A DNA stretch of 64,000 nt from Dipteris shenzhenensis (taxonomy: Eukaryota), in NCBI GenBank assembly GCA_047967505.1, contig CM106538.1. The stretch is one strand, 5' to 3'. Position 1 is the stretch's first letter; every line of letters starts with the position of its first letter. A program made the position numbers and the translations under genes. Under the pieces are notes generated by a model. It made no database searches and had not been told where the DNA came from. It was given only the letters and a program-made list of their open reading frames with translations. This document shows positions 23,382-36,654 of the stretch, piece after piece.

Positions 23382-25296
23382 CATCACATCACCACACTCT
23401 TTGACTATGATATCTACTTCCCAAGTTTCCTATAGTATTGCGCCGCATGCAAGGCCTTACAGGCACCCCGATGTGAAACCAAGATGGAAACCAAATGCAT
23501 ACCAGAAAAATGAGATATTAAAGAGTCATCATGGACAGCAAGAAGAGGGCAAATCAATGCTGTAAGTGTGGCAAGAAATGGACTTTGAGGCACAGAGAGC
23601 TATGCAAAACACAAAATACTGGGATAGCCAAACTTAGCATGATCATTGAGCTCTCTGATGATGAGTTGTTCTGACAGTTGAGAAACGAGAAGCACTCAAG
23701 GCATCATGTAAATGTAACCGATGTAGCCAAAAAGGTCATTATTGTGGTAGTGTCCTTAAAGGAATGGTGAGGGGATCAGTTACCAGCAGGACAGTGTTAC
23801 TATCGCTATGACGCATCATCCAGCCTTGCGGTAGGATGCGTTGCCACTAGGCTTTGTAGATCCAGACGGAGGATTGCTTGCTTGTTTGTGGCAGCGGTCA
23901 GACAGGTGCAGTAGGAAGGGAGTCTTTCATCGAGGTAGGCTTTCAGGTAGGACCTCTAGCCACGAGGAGTTGTTCCAGCTGATTCAGGTGGCAGTATGCT
24001 ACCAGTTTGTGTTTTGTTTGGATGTTATGACCTAGGAGATCCAGAGGGGGTCTCCTAGTGTTCTGCTACAGCTATTGTTTGAGAGCTGCTAGAGATCCGG
24101 ATGGGTCAAGATATTTCCAGTATGGGAATCCAGACACGGTTGATTGATCCTTGTGAGCTGTTATATGCCCATTGCCATTGGAGCATTGCCATTGGAGCAC
24201 TAAGGCTCATCGTTCTGGCTCTAGTGTACCAGTTTGGATCTGAGAGGGGGCTGTATAACTCTGAGATACACGTGCCAATGTAGGGAAGCAGACCTTGCAT
24301 CGGGGGCAGTATTCGTTGGATTATTGTTCCAGTACCTTCAGTTGGAGTGATGTACCAGTACCAGCCATTGGATTGTTGTACCAGATGACCCAGTGTACCA
24401 GTACCGAACCAGAGGAGTGTATCTAGCACCTGTGGCCTGGGAGCAACAGTACCAGGGTTTCCAGTGATCGTGCTAAGGCAGTTCTTGCCAAGAGGGAGTA
24501 CCTGTGCAGGTCTTTAGAGATGGAGGATCACACGACGGATTCGTCCAGTTGTTACAAGAGGCACACCCAGCTCCCCGGCATTTGTGGTAGAGAGGGAGTG
24601 CTGGAGGTCAACATCTCTTGAGTCACCGTGGAGAGTGAGTGCCTTTTCTTGTGGGTGTGCCTGGCCCCCTGTGAGGTTAGGACAGTCTAGAGAGAGGGCC
24701 TTGTTGTGGGTGTGCCCAACCCCCGTGAGGGTAGAGTAGGAGAGAGAGGGCCCCACTTGAGGCTTTGGGCCCTCTTGCTGCCATGTATCAGCCCCTTTGT
24801 GAGGCGCATTGGGTAGGTCAGGTGTAGGCCTGCGTGGCCATCTCTTTGCACCATGGTGGTTTGCCCCTATGGCTGTACAGCAGCCCTCTTGTAGGGCAGG
24901 AGGGGTTGGCCTCCTAGAGCCTGCTGGTCGGGGGCATAGGCCAGAGTGCGGCCCTCCATATGGGCCTATTGCAGCCCCCATTTATAGGCTGGAGCAGGTT
25001 GGCGCCCAGGCAAGCAGTCAGCCTGTTTGAGCAGTGAGGAAGCCTTCCTTTTGTGCAGTAGGGGCGTGCGCCAGGTGGCCTGGTGGGTCGGCCCACATGC
25101 AGGCTGGTCGGCTCCCTAGTCTGCTGACTGACCAGGGAGGGGCTTAGGCTATATATAGGTCCCCCCTCATCGATGTTTTGTCATCTCAGTCTTGTGCCTC
25201 TTGAGCAGTGTTGTGAGCTCTTGAGCAGTCTTGTATAGCAGAGGTTTTCCGCACCACCTTGGGGTTTTTTCCCGAGATCACTTGCAGTTTCTTTCA

Positions 25297-25328
<32 letters not shown>

Positions 25329-25351
25329 TTCTTGTTTGGTGTGTGTGGGGT

Positions 25352-25386
<35 letters not shown>

Positions 25387-25414
25387 TCCATTCAGTTCCG
25401 TTGCACTTCTCACA
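23382..25414 (+). mobile_element. Degenerate LTR element family X, copy 1 (gag zinc-knuckle remnant, non-coding 3' region, LTR end)
   Basis: CNRCSQKGHY remnant at ~23713. 23830-24330 is similar to 35655-36145. TATA at ~25150, CT-rich U5 ending CTTCTCACA, and the same terminus abuts a PBS at 25565-25579. Confidence 0.55.
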
Positions 25415-25648
25415 CAAGTGAGGAGGGGCCCTATGTATAGGAGTGTTCCTTGACTCCCAAACTGTCCACACCTCACACAATTGTCCTCACGAACACCTCT
25501 GAACAACAGCCCTAAACCTCCTCTTTGTTGTTGGCTCAACACACCTCGAGTCTCTAGCCAACCGTGGCTCTGATACCATGTGAGAAGTGTAGCGGAACTG
25601 AACGGAAGTGAGAGAGAGAGAGAGCCAACCTCACACAACCAAACAAGA

Positions 25649-28600
25649 TGAAACCGGCCTCTAATCACTCAGAGGGGAGTGGAACTAAACCTTTAATCAC
25701 TTCAGCACTTATTTACGGCTCACAAAGCATATATCACAACCATTAACCATTGCATGATCACCATTTGGCATTTACCCATTTGTTCACAAACAAAACCACT
25801 GAAAAAGAGATGGAGGCTAGAATGCCCCTGCTCAACAGACATAGACAAGTGCACCCGATTGGCCCCAAACACCGTGGCGCCCCTTTCGGTATTTCTTTAT
25901 ATTTCACAGTGAAATGATTACAAGTTGCATCTGGGAGACCTTCCCTGCAACTGAGCACGCAGCCCCAATTCACTAAGCCTTCGCAAGGCTTTCAAGCATA
26001 GAACACCATCACATAAGTGCACTTAACCCATAGGCTCAACCCAAAGGCATTCTCTTTTCCGAGTGCAATTCCATTGGCTGTCCAGATGCAATCACACTGC
26101 ACCCCAGCTGCACTCTCTTTGAGTGGTTTCCAGATGGCATTCACAAAGCTTTTCAAAGCTCCAAAATAAAATCAGCAAAGTACCCAACCAAAGAATGACT
26201 CATGTAGCACTGCTTGGGCATCTGTGAGCCAAGAAAGAGGCGGCACATGAGGCCAACCAATAGCTTATGGCAAAAAGAAATTGCAGTAGCAAGATCACAA
26301 CTCACCAAGCTCTGAAGACTCGAACCAAGTCCTCAATCGCCAAGAGGACATAGTAGCCAATGCCCAATTGCATTCTCAGCCAAAGAGGAGTGCAAAGGCA
26401 TGAAGAAAGAGCATTTACAAGAGCCGACCAGCAAGAATTCCACTGAAAAATGCGAAAAGAAGCACTTCTGTCGCGAGGAAGTGGGAGTTCTTGGGCTCAA
26501 AAGAAGCGTGCTTCAGAGAGGAATGCATGGAGAAGGTTTTGGAGAAGTTTCATCGCCGAAAAGTCCTCCAAAACTGAGAAAAACCAATCAACCAGCGCGT
26601 CGAACCACTCGAAATTCAACAGAAAGCTGTAGCTTTGCAAGAGGAGAGGCCCAAGAGGCGGTAGAAGAAAAAAGATCCAGAAAAAGCCACTTTTGCAAAT
26701 TCGACCAGCAAAAGAAGTGCTCAGCTCTGCCCGTTCTACCAAACGCACGGAGGGAAAAGCATATCACTATGAAGGGGAGGCAGAGGGGAAGCCATCGGGC
26801 CAAACGGGTGTCGAGGAATCCAAACGGGTGAGGAGTTGAAGAAAAACGGAATTCAGCAAAAGGAGGCTGAAAAACCAGTCCAAAATCTCAACAAAGGGAG
26901 AAGATGAGAGAGAAAACCACACATGTGAAGTTTAGAAGGCCCAGGAAGGTCCAGGAATGGCAAAGTAGCATGTACAAGGCACTAGAGCGACCTGGAACTC
27001 TAGGGGGGCCACTGAAGGTACATGGCCCTCTAGGGGGCCCATTAAAAATGCCACATCATCATTTCCCAACAACCACTCTTTTAATTCCTTGGAATGCCTT
27101 TGGGCCTAGGGATTAATTACGCTTATGTGCTAGGTACCATGCCGCGTTTAATTACACATTATTAAGCCCACGCTTGGACTTTTAAAACCAAAGTTGTCAC
27201 GGTCTTGTAGTACATTAAAGTACTTAGAATTTCACGCCCCCGTGACATACCCCTCTCTTGAAACAGCAAACCACAATTTGCTGCCCCAAAACACAGGAGC
27301 GAGCATGAAATATAGCATAAAAGAGTATACAAGAAAGCCGCAGCTATTGTATACAGAGACACTGAAAATATGGGTAGGAGAGGCATGCATCCATCCATAT
27401 ATACTGCTCAAAATCTATGTGATCCTCGGCGATCAATAGTCAAGATGCATCAATATCATGAAGTCTCACGGCAGAAATACTGTCAGCTCAGTATCTCGGA
27501 TGAAACATACAGTGTCATCAAGCGACCTCATGAAATCACAGTGAGCCCGTCTGTACTGAGGGAGTGGAGGTGCTACCCCCCTCTCGAACATCAGGTAATG
27601 CTCCAGACGCTCGCTCTGTCGAACTACCTGTAGGAGCCCGGACCGCAGTCGGCTCTAATTGGAAAGCATCAAGGTAAAGCTGCAATATCCCAGGTGAATT
27701 TGCCAGTTCACCTTCCTCCATCCATTTCGCATCAAGTGATGGGTAATTTTGAAATTTTACCAAGTAGCGACGGATAACTTTACCCTTGAGCTTTCTATCT
27801 CTGTGTGCCAGAATCTGCTCTGGGACCAGAAGTTCATCCTGTTCTTCCACTTCAGGCTGCACCTCATGAGGTACATCCTCGGGAATATCTCCATGATATT
27901 GCTTTAATAAGCTCACATGAAAGGCATTATGTATCTTCCAATGCGGAGGCAACTTCAGCCTGTAAGCTACCTCGTTTATCTTTTCAGAAACCTGGAAAGG
28001 ACCATAGTAACGCATGTTCAGCTTTGTGTACAACCTTTCCTTGCCTTTCTTATTTTTCAGCCTTGCCTTCTGAAAACGCAGCAAAACCCAATCACCTTCT
28101 GTGAATACCAATTCCCTGCGGTGCTTATCTGCTGCTCTTTTCTGCTTGTCTTGACTTCTTTGCAAGGCATATTTGATCTTCTTGTAAGCCTCTTCAAGGC
28201 TTTCCACAAAACGATCAGCTTCGAAGATTTTCTCTTTTGTATTCAAAATGGGAGGTATTTTCCTGGCACCTTCCACTATTTCAAAAGGTGCTTTACCTGT
28301 GGATGTGTGCACCGTATTATGGTAAGCATATTCCAGCAAAGGCAAATAATGCTCCCATTTGCTTTTGTGGTCTGAGACATAGCATTTAAACATATCCAAG
28401 ATGATAGAGTTTTCCTGCTCCGATTGTCCATCAGACTGAGGGTGAAAAGATGACGAAAAATTCAGCATAGTGCCCATATTTTCAAACAGTCCTCTCCAAA
28501 AGAGGCTGGTCATCCTTGGATCTCTATCACTGATTATGGATTCAGGCATCCCATGATACTTGAAGACATGCTGCAAAAACAATTTGGCCATTTGATCTGC

Positions 28601-31600
28601 TGTAATTTTCTCTCTTACTGGCACAAAGTGGGCTTGTTTGCTAAACCTGCAAATTATTGTCCACAATCCATCATGTCCAGTAGGAGTACGTGGAAGATCA
28701 AACACAAAATCCATAGCTATGCTTTGCCATGGTCTATCCGGAATTGGCAAAGGGTGTAACAACCCAGGTGCCTTCTTCCTGTCAAACTTTACTTTCTGAC
28801 AAACCATGCATGTTCTCACATATTCTTCCACATCTTTCCTCAAAGATGGCCAATAAAAGTATTGCTCCACTGCTGTAATTGTTGCTGTAATTCCCCTATG
28901 TCCTGCATATGGAGGAGCATGACTTTCCATTATGACTTTCTGTCGCATTTGATCAGTGACACAGAGTCGTCCATGCATCAAAATGAAACCCTCTTTCAAC
29001 ATATAGTGATCATGCCTTTGACCATCAGAAAGCTGTTCATAAATAGTTGAAAAATCAGCATCATTAACATACTGATCTTTCATCACATCTAACACATTGT
29101 TGTAAGCAATGCTCACTGTTGAAACACTGGGTTTCTTGGAGACTGCTTTAGGCTGTGGTTTCCTGGAAAGTGCATCAGCCACGACATTTTTGTTACCCGG
29201 CACATGTACAATTTGAAAATGAAACATTGAGAGGAAGTTAGCCCATCTCATGTGCTTTTCAGATAATTTTCTCTGCGTGAGAAAATATCTAAGTGACTGA
29301 TGATCAGTTTGCACATAAAAATCAGCTCCAAGAAGGTAATGTTTCCATGTGGTCAAAGCATGTATCACTGCTAACATTTCCTTCTCGTATGTCTGCAAGT
29401 ACAATTCAGCATCTTTGAGAACTCTACTCTCATATGCAACCACTCTGCCATCCTGCATCAAAGTGCCTCCTATGCTGTTCCCACATGCATCACAAGTTAC
29501 AGCGAAGGGTTTTGCAAGATCTGGCAAGATAATAACGGGTTCAGAACACAATTTTTGCTTCAGCTCTTCAAAAGCTGCATTTTCCTTTGGTCCCCACCGA
29601 AACGGTTCAGCTTTCTTTTGTAAAGCATGCAAGGGAGAAGCAATTTCTGCAAAGTACTTTATAAACCTCCGATAGTATGAACACAACCCAAGAAAGCTTC
29701 TGACTTCATGCAGATTTTTCAAAATTGGCCAACTCCTTATGGCCTCAACTTTTGCAGGATCCATCTTGACTCCATCCTTTGACACTATATGACCGAGAGA
29801 ATGAATCTCATGCATAAAGAACTCACTTTTCTTGGTGTTTATTAATAGCTTGTGTCTTTTCAACTCTTGAAACACAATAGTGAGGTGTTTCTTGTGCTCC
29901 TGCTCATTTTTAGAGAACACAATGATGCCATCGAAGAAAGTGCCCACAAACTCTCTGTGTGCTCTAAAAATTCTGTCCATCATTCTATTGAAAGTGGCAG
30001 GTGCATTAGTCAAACCAAAAGGCATCACAAGGAACTCATATAAGCCAAATGAAGTGCGGAAGGCAGTCTTGTAGACATCTTCAGGCCGTATCCTTATCTG
30101 ATGGTATCCACTTTTAAGGTCAATACGACTGAATATTGAGGAACCTTCCAACCGATCCAATATATCATCAATGTGTGGAATTGGAAAACGGTTCTTAATT
30201 GTGACTTTATTCAAAGCCCTATAATCAATACACATTCTCCAACTGCCATCCTTCTTTTGCACAAGCAACACAGGGGAACAGTAAGGAGAATTACTTGGCT
30301 GTATTAATTCCTTTTCCAAGAGTTCCTTCACTTGTGACATTATCTCTTCCTGTTGTGCCTTACTGACATGATAGGGAGGTATATTAGGCGGTGAGCTTCC
30401 TGGAATTATATCAAGTTTATGATCCTCGGGCCTCTTGGGAGGTAATTCTTGAGGAACTGCATCTGAGAAACAATCCTGAAAATCTGAAATAAAAGCAGCC
30501 CTTTCTCTATCTAAAGCACAAAGAGTAGAGCCTTCCTGAACTGGTTGGCTGTCCTCTTTGACAAAAATCAAGTACGCTGAAATATGACGCTTTATTACAT
30601 TGGAAATACAAGAAGCTGAAACTACAGGGATGGACTCCCCTTTCAACTTTACATCAAGTACATGATTTTTGCCTCTATGAGTTAAAGAAATCTTCTTGTT
30701 TCTCATCTGCACATCTGCCCCCACCCTGTACATCCAACGCATCCCAAGCAAAGCATCACACTCTGGCAAAGGCATAATGTAGAAGTCCTTTGCATCCTGA
30801 TATCCCTGGATATGCATCCTCAACTTGCCAATGATAGGAGTGAGAGGTGTGTTGAGTTCAGGGTTGGCCATATCAGACATGCCGGATGGCCCCATTTCCT
30901 CAGGCTCGATGACAAGCCTTCCTGCCATATCAGGAGTTATGAAATTTGCCTTTGCCCCAGAATCAAAGAAAAACAAACAATTCTGATTTCTGATTTTTCC
31001 CCATGCTCTGCACATCTCAGTCTTTTTCATTTCCTCTTCATCATGTGCATGTGGCAAACTCCGAATCACATCTGGAAGAAGTCCTGCAGAAGGTTTAGGC
31101 GTTTTGACCTTCCGATCAGCCTGTTTATCACCATTCTTATCATCATCTGACCTGTCTCTTTTCTTGAATGGGCAATCATAAGAGCGGTGTCCCTCTCCTT
31201 TGCATATAAAACATTTGTTTTGCTCCATGAGTGACTTTTTCTCTTCATCAGATAACTTGGAAAACCTCTGGGTGTAATCATTAAGATTCTTGCAAAGTTT
31301 GTATGACAAGTCATGCCAGTGTGAAAGTACTTCAACTTCAAAAGTTGGAGTAAGCCGAACACTTGCTTAAATTCCAGCCAAGTAGTAGGTGCATCTCCAT
31401 GAAGCAGAAGGTTGGTGTACCACTTAAGTGCATTGCCTTTCAAAAATGTGGCAACCTTCCTCATCTCGGATGCTTCTGTAAACAAACCCACAAGAAATGC
31501 AGCATCAAACTGTTGAAGGAATGTGAGGGCTTTGTACCTGTCCTGTACTCCATTATATGTATCAAACTTGACATGAGAACCACCATCCTTAAATTCTTTA

Positions 31601-34116
31601 TATACATTTGATATTGGCCGTCCCAAAGATGGCTGTATATTTGCAGCATTCCCTTCACTAGGGAGAGCCATGCTTGGCTGAACATTAGGCATGGGAGCAT
31701 ATGCTGTGGCTTGCATGCCTGGCTGCATTCCCACATTGTCATACATGGCTTGTTTTCTATGCCCGATTGGCGGTGAAATCAACATAGCATCAAAGATAGA
31801 ATCTGTACCAAAATATTCAGGTTGCTGCCTCAAATATGGCTGAGGTGGTTGAGCCACATCTATGGACTGCACATTATTATTTTGAGGAGTAGAAATACCC
31901 AAACCAAGGCCTTGTGCTGGCTGCTTATACTGTTGCACTGGATGTACTTTTTGTACCTCTTTCTCAATTGCTCTTTTGGGTGATTCCTCTCTCTTGGAAG
32001 TCACTTTCTGAGTCATTTTTGATGGCTGTCCCTCATGGGAAACTGATGCATGAGTGTGCGGTCCGCCATGAGAAGCTGATGCATGTGTGTACTCACTCTT
32101 TCCGTGCTTGTGCTTTCTTGATTTCTTCTTCTTCTTGGCATTTGTTTGCACAATCTGAGCCAAATTTTGAGCCAGCTGAGTCAAAGCAGTCACTGCACTT
32201 GCAAGCTGTGCATTCAACATAGTAGCATCATTTGACTCACTGCTAGAACTAGTATCACCGTTGAGCTCAGTTGTAGCTTCATGTGTGGCCTGCTCAAAAG
32301 GCATTTGTTGTGCTCCCTGCAGCTGTACACTAGCTGGGTCATTAAGGCTTTCCTGCCTTCTCCTTTGAGGAGTTGTGGAGCTCTCTTGCTCATGGGTACT
32401 CACCATGTTGATGGTTGTAATATTCAGCTGTCAGAAAGTGCAGCAAAGATATCCTTCCACCAAACTATCGAGGCCCACCTCTTGAGAGAGAGTGTGTGGT
32501 ATCCCGGCAATGGAACCAATGAAACCGGCCTCTAATCACTCAGAGGGCAGTGGAACTAAACCTTTAATCACTTCAGCACTTATTTACAGCTCACAAAGCA
32601 TATATCACAACCATTAACCATTGCATGATCACCATTTGGCATTTACCCATTTGTTCACAAACAAAACCACTGAAAAAGAGATGGAGGCTAGAATGCCCCT
32701 GCTCAACAGACATAGACAAGTGCACCCGATTGGCCCCAAACACCGTGGCGCCCCTTTCGGTATTTTTTTATATTTCACAGTGAAATGATTACAAGTTGCA
32801 TCTGGGAGACCTTCCTTGCAACTGAGCACGCAGCCCCAATTCACTAAGCCTTCGCAAGGCTTTCAAGCATAGAACACCATCAAATAAGTGCACTTAACCC
32901 GGCTCAACCCAAAGGCATTCTCTTTTCCGAGTGCAATTCCATTGGCTGTCCAGATGCAATCACACTGCACCCCAGCTGCACTCTCTTTGAGTGGTTTCTA
33001 GATGGCATTCACAAAGCTTTTCAAAGCTCCAAAATAAAATCAGCAAAGTACCCAACCAAAGAATGACTCATGTAGAACTGCTTGGGCACCTGTGAGCCAA
33101 GAAAGAGGCGGCACACGAGGCCAACCAATAGCTTATGGCAAAAAGAAATTGCAGTAGCAAGATCACAACTCACCAAGCCCTGAAGACTCGAACCAAGTCC
33201 TCAATCGCCAAGAGGACATAGTAGCCAATGCCCAATTGCATTCTCAGCCAAAGAGGAGTGCAAAGGCATGAAGAAAGAGCATTTACAAGAGCCGACCAGC
33301 AAGAATTCCACTGAAAAATGCGAAAAGAAGCACTTCTGTCGCGAGGAAGTGGGAGTTCTTGGGCTCAAAAGAAGCGTGCTTCAGAGAGGAATGCATGGAG
33401 AAGGTTTGGAGAAGTTTCATCGCCGGAAAGTCCTCCAAAACTGAGAAAAACCAATCAACCAGCGCGTCGAACCACTCGAAATTCAACAGAAAGCTGTAGC
33501 TTTGCAAGAGGAGAGGCCCAAGAGGCGGTAGAAGAGAAAAGGTCCAGAAAAAGCCACTTTTGCAAATTCGACCAGCAAAAGAAGTGCTCAACTCTGCCCG
33601 TTCTACCAAACGCACGGAGGGAAAAGCATATCACTACGAAGGGGAGGCAGAGGGGAAGCCATCGGGCCAAACGGAAGTCGAGGAATCCAAACGGGTGAGG
33701 AGTTATGAAGAAAAACGGAATTCAGCTAAAGGAGGCTGAAAAACCAGTCCAAAATCTCATTAAAGGGAGAAGATGAGAGAGAAAACCACACATGTGAAGT
33801 TTAGAAGGCCCAGGAAGGTCCAGGAATGGCAAAGTAGCATGTACAAGGCACTAGAGCCACCTGGAATTCTAGGGGGGCCACTGAAGGTACATGGCCCTCT
33901 AGGGGGCCCATTAAAAATGCCACATCATCATTTCCCGACAACCACTCTTTTAATTCCTTGGAATGCCTTTGGGCCTAGGGATTAATTTTGCTTATGTGCT
34001 AGGCATCATGCCGCGTTTAATTACACATTATTAAGCCCACGCTTGGACTTTTAAAACCAAAGTTGTCACGGTCTTGTAGTACATTAAAGTACTTAGAATT
34101 TCACACCCCCGTGACA
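25649..34116 (-). mobile_element. Full-length Ty3/Gypsy chromovirus, copy B (same family as A, inverted)
   Basis: LTRs at 32520-34116 and 25649-27247, PBS 32502-32518, PPT near 27250, 5-bp TSD CAAGA (25644-25648 and 34117-34121). Confidence 0.96.
27536..32406 (-). pseudogene. gag-pol of copy B: gag broken by ~10-bp and ~350-bp deletions; pol open but RT catalytic DD changed to DG
   Basis: Comparison with copy A at ~31357 and ~31261. ORF 27536-31309 has FFDGII, intact RNase H, integrase and chromodomain. Confidence 0.92.
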
Positions 34117-34241
34117 CAAGAAAGGAGAGAGAGATGAAAGAAACTGCCAGTGATTTCAGGGAAAATCCCCAAGGTGGTTGGGAAAACCTCTGTAGTTTCT
34201 CTCATCGCTCTCTCTCCTTTCTTGTTTGGTGTGTGTGAGGT

Positions 34242-34286
<45 letters not shown>

Positions 34287-34547
34287 TCTGCTGCACTTCT
34301 CACACAAGTGAGGAGGGGGCCTATATATAGGCGTGTTCCTTGACTCCTTGAGAAGTGGAGGGAGCATGGAGCCAAGAAGTCGTGTGGAGCCTAGGGCTGT
34401 TGTTCAGAGGCGTATTTAAAGAGGAGTGTGCAGAGGTGTGGATTGTTCGGGTGTCAAGGAAGGTGCGTTTCCTTTGAAGGGTGTTTTCAGATTCGAAAGG
34501 AGGCGTTTTTGACAGATGGGACAGCAAAGGTGTGAAGGTACCTAGGC

Positions 34548-34730
34548 AACTAGCCTTTGCCTTATAACTTTCTATAGATCCATCAGACTTGCATTTGACC
34601 TTATAAACCCACTTACAGCCAATGGGATTTTTATCTTCAGGCAACTCCATAGATCCCAAGTCTGATCAGCTACTATGAGGGCCTTAATTTCCTCATCCAT
34701 GGCACTCATCCAATACTCGTGTAAAATCCC
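34548..34730 (-). mobile_element. Copia RT N-terminal fragment
   Basis: WMSAMDEEIKAL...ELPEDKNPIGCKWVYKVKCKSDGSIESYKAK. Confidence 0.8.
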
Positions 34731-34919
34731 CTTCTCTGCCTTCTTTCCCATCCACCCTTTCTTCTCAGTTCGACTCTTTCTTCACTCCGACATGGCTACC
34801 TTGGTTGAGATGGCAGAGAACAAGGTAAAAATACCCGTATTAGCCATGTTCCCCTGGATGGTCAATTGGATGGACTCAATTACGGTGTGTGGCGGGTCAT
34901 GAGGGGGGCCGTCTTGCAG

Positions 34920-36553
34920 TCGTATGACTTAGCAGACTTCATATTGGTAGGGGTTTCAGACCTGATCCCCTTGCAGAAAATTTGGGGATCCTACAGTAGA
35001 TGGAGGCCGAGACCATGTCTCAGCTATGGGACTGTGTCCATGTGAGGGTAAGGTCATTCATTTTCCTAAATTGTACTTCTCAATTGATTAATCATATAAA
35101 GCACACAGCGGTGGCCAAAAGTATCTGGGAGCATTTTGCATCCTTGTACAATTGAACCTTAGATGAGGTTGTTGGATTCCACGATCTTCATCGATGTGGG
35201 AATTCATCAATAAGTTACAAGAGCTTCAACAAGAGATTCTCTAGGCGAGGAAGCATATATCCCCCGAGGATATGGCCATAACATTATTGTCCCACTTGTC
35301 TTCCCTGTACTTTGCATTCTATTCGTCCTTGATTATCAGTGTACGGATTAATATGTTGACCTAGGAGGAATTGGTGCCCATGGTGCTCGACCAAGAGGAG
35401 AGATTTCGGGATCCTTCCCAGCACATCGCTTGGGGGCTTTGATAGCTGAGCAGAAGGGGAGGAAGAAGATGACAACTAAGGAAAGAGAAGCCCTAAAGGC
35501 TTCACATACGTTTAACTGTTGTGGCCAGAAAGGTCATTATTGGCGAGAGTGTCCTTAGCAGAAGAGTAAGAGGACTAGTGAGTAGAAGGAAGCAGATTTT
35601 GCGGCCGGTGTCACTTCAATTGTTCCAGCCTTTCTAGTCTTCTAGTAGCACTAGGTAGGATGCGCTGCCAGTAAGCTCTTGGGTTTAAGATGGAGGATTA
35701 GTTGCTTGTTTGTGGCGACGGGACTTGCTAGACAAATGTTGTGGTGAAGGAGTCTTTGTTCGAGGAAGGATTTCAGGTAGGACCTGGAGTCACGAGGAGT
35801 CGTTCCCCTTGACTCAGGTGGCAGTATGTATATCAGTATGTATTTGTTTGGACGTCATGACCTGGCAGACCTAGAGGGGGTTTCCTTGCAGCTATTGTCT
35901 GGTGAGCTGTTGGAGATCCAGGTCGGTCAGATGATTGCCAGTGCGGGAATCCAGACACCACAGATTGATCCTTGTGAGCAGTTGGTTGCCCATTGTTTCT
36001 GGAGCATAGAGGTTCATCAATCTGGAGTCTGTGTACCGGTTTGGACCTAAGAGGGGGCTTTAGAGGGGGTTGTATAGCTCTGTGATACAGTGCCCATGCA
36101 GGGAAGCAGACCGTGCACTGGTGGCAGTATTAGTTGGATTGTTGTACCATGGGGCATCGTACCTGACCTGCTAGTTGGGTTACCAGGCCAATACTGGCGG
36201 GCGTTTGGCTGATGTGATGCGACTGCTGGTTGGACACCTAGGTTGGTGTGAAGCCCCCATATGGAAGAGGGGGCGGCCCGATTTATGGCTGTGTGACAGC
36301 CTCTCTCAGGGCAGATCAGGGCGGTCCATATAGGGCAGAAGCAGAGCCCCTAGAGGCAGTCAGCTGGCCCATCTAGGGCTTGGGGTTGGCCACCTAAAGC
36401 AGGGGGTTTGCCTGCGGTACAGACCGACTTTGGGGGGGGGGGGGGGGAGTGCCTATATATAGGCCCCCTCCTTGCTTGCTGTATCATCTCTTGTAAGACC
36501 ATTCAGTGGAGGTTTTTCCCAGCAGTTCTTAGGCCATTTCTTGAGATCCCTTG

Positions 36554-36590
<37 letters not shown>

Positions 36591-36654
36591 CTCAGTTCAG
36601 TTTGCGTGTGGGGTGGTTTGCTCTCTCTTTTCCGTTCAGTTTTCGCTGCACTCA
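34920..36654 (+). mobile_element. Degenerate LTR element family X, copy 2
   Basis: Copia-gag-like remnant HIKHTAVAKSIWEHFASLY and knuckle CCGQKGHYWRECP (~35517). Non-coding region similar to 23830-24330. CCTATATATAGGCCCCCTC TATA at ~36452 and CT-rich U5. Confidence 0.55.

Noticed and set aside
26400-26831. 143-aa Lys/Arg-rich ORF antisense within the chromovirus LTR (also 33318-33698)
   Set aside because: No recognisable domain, and the frame differs between LTR copies. It is a compositional by-product.
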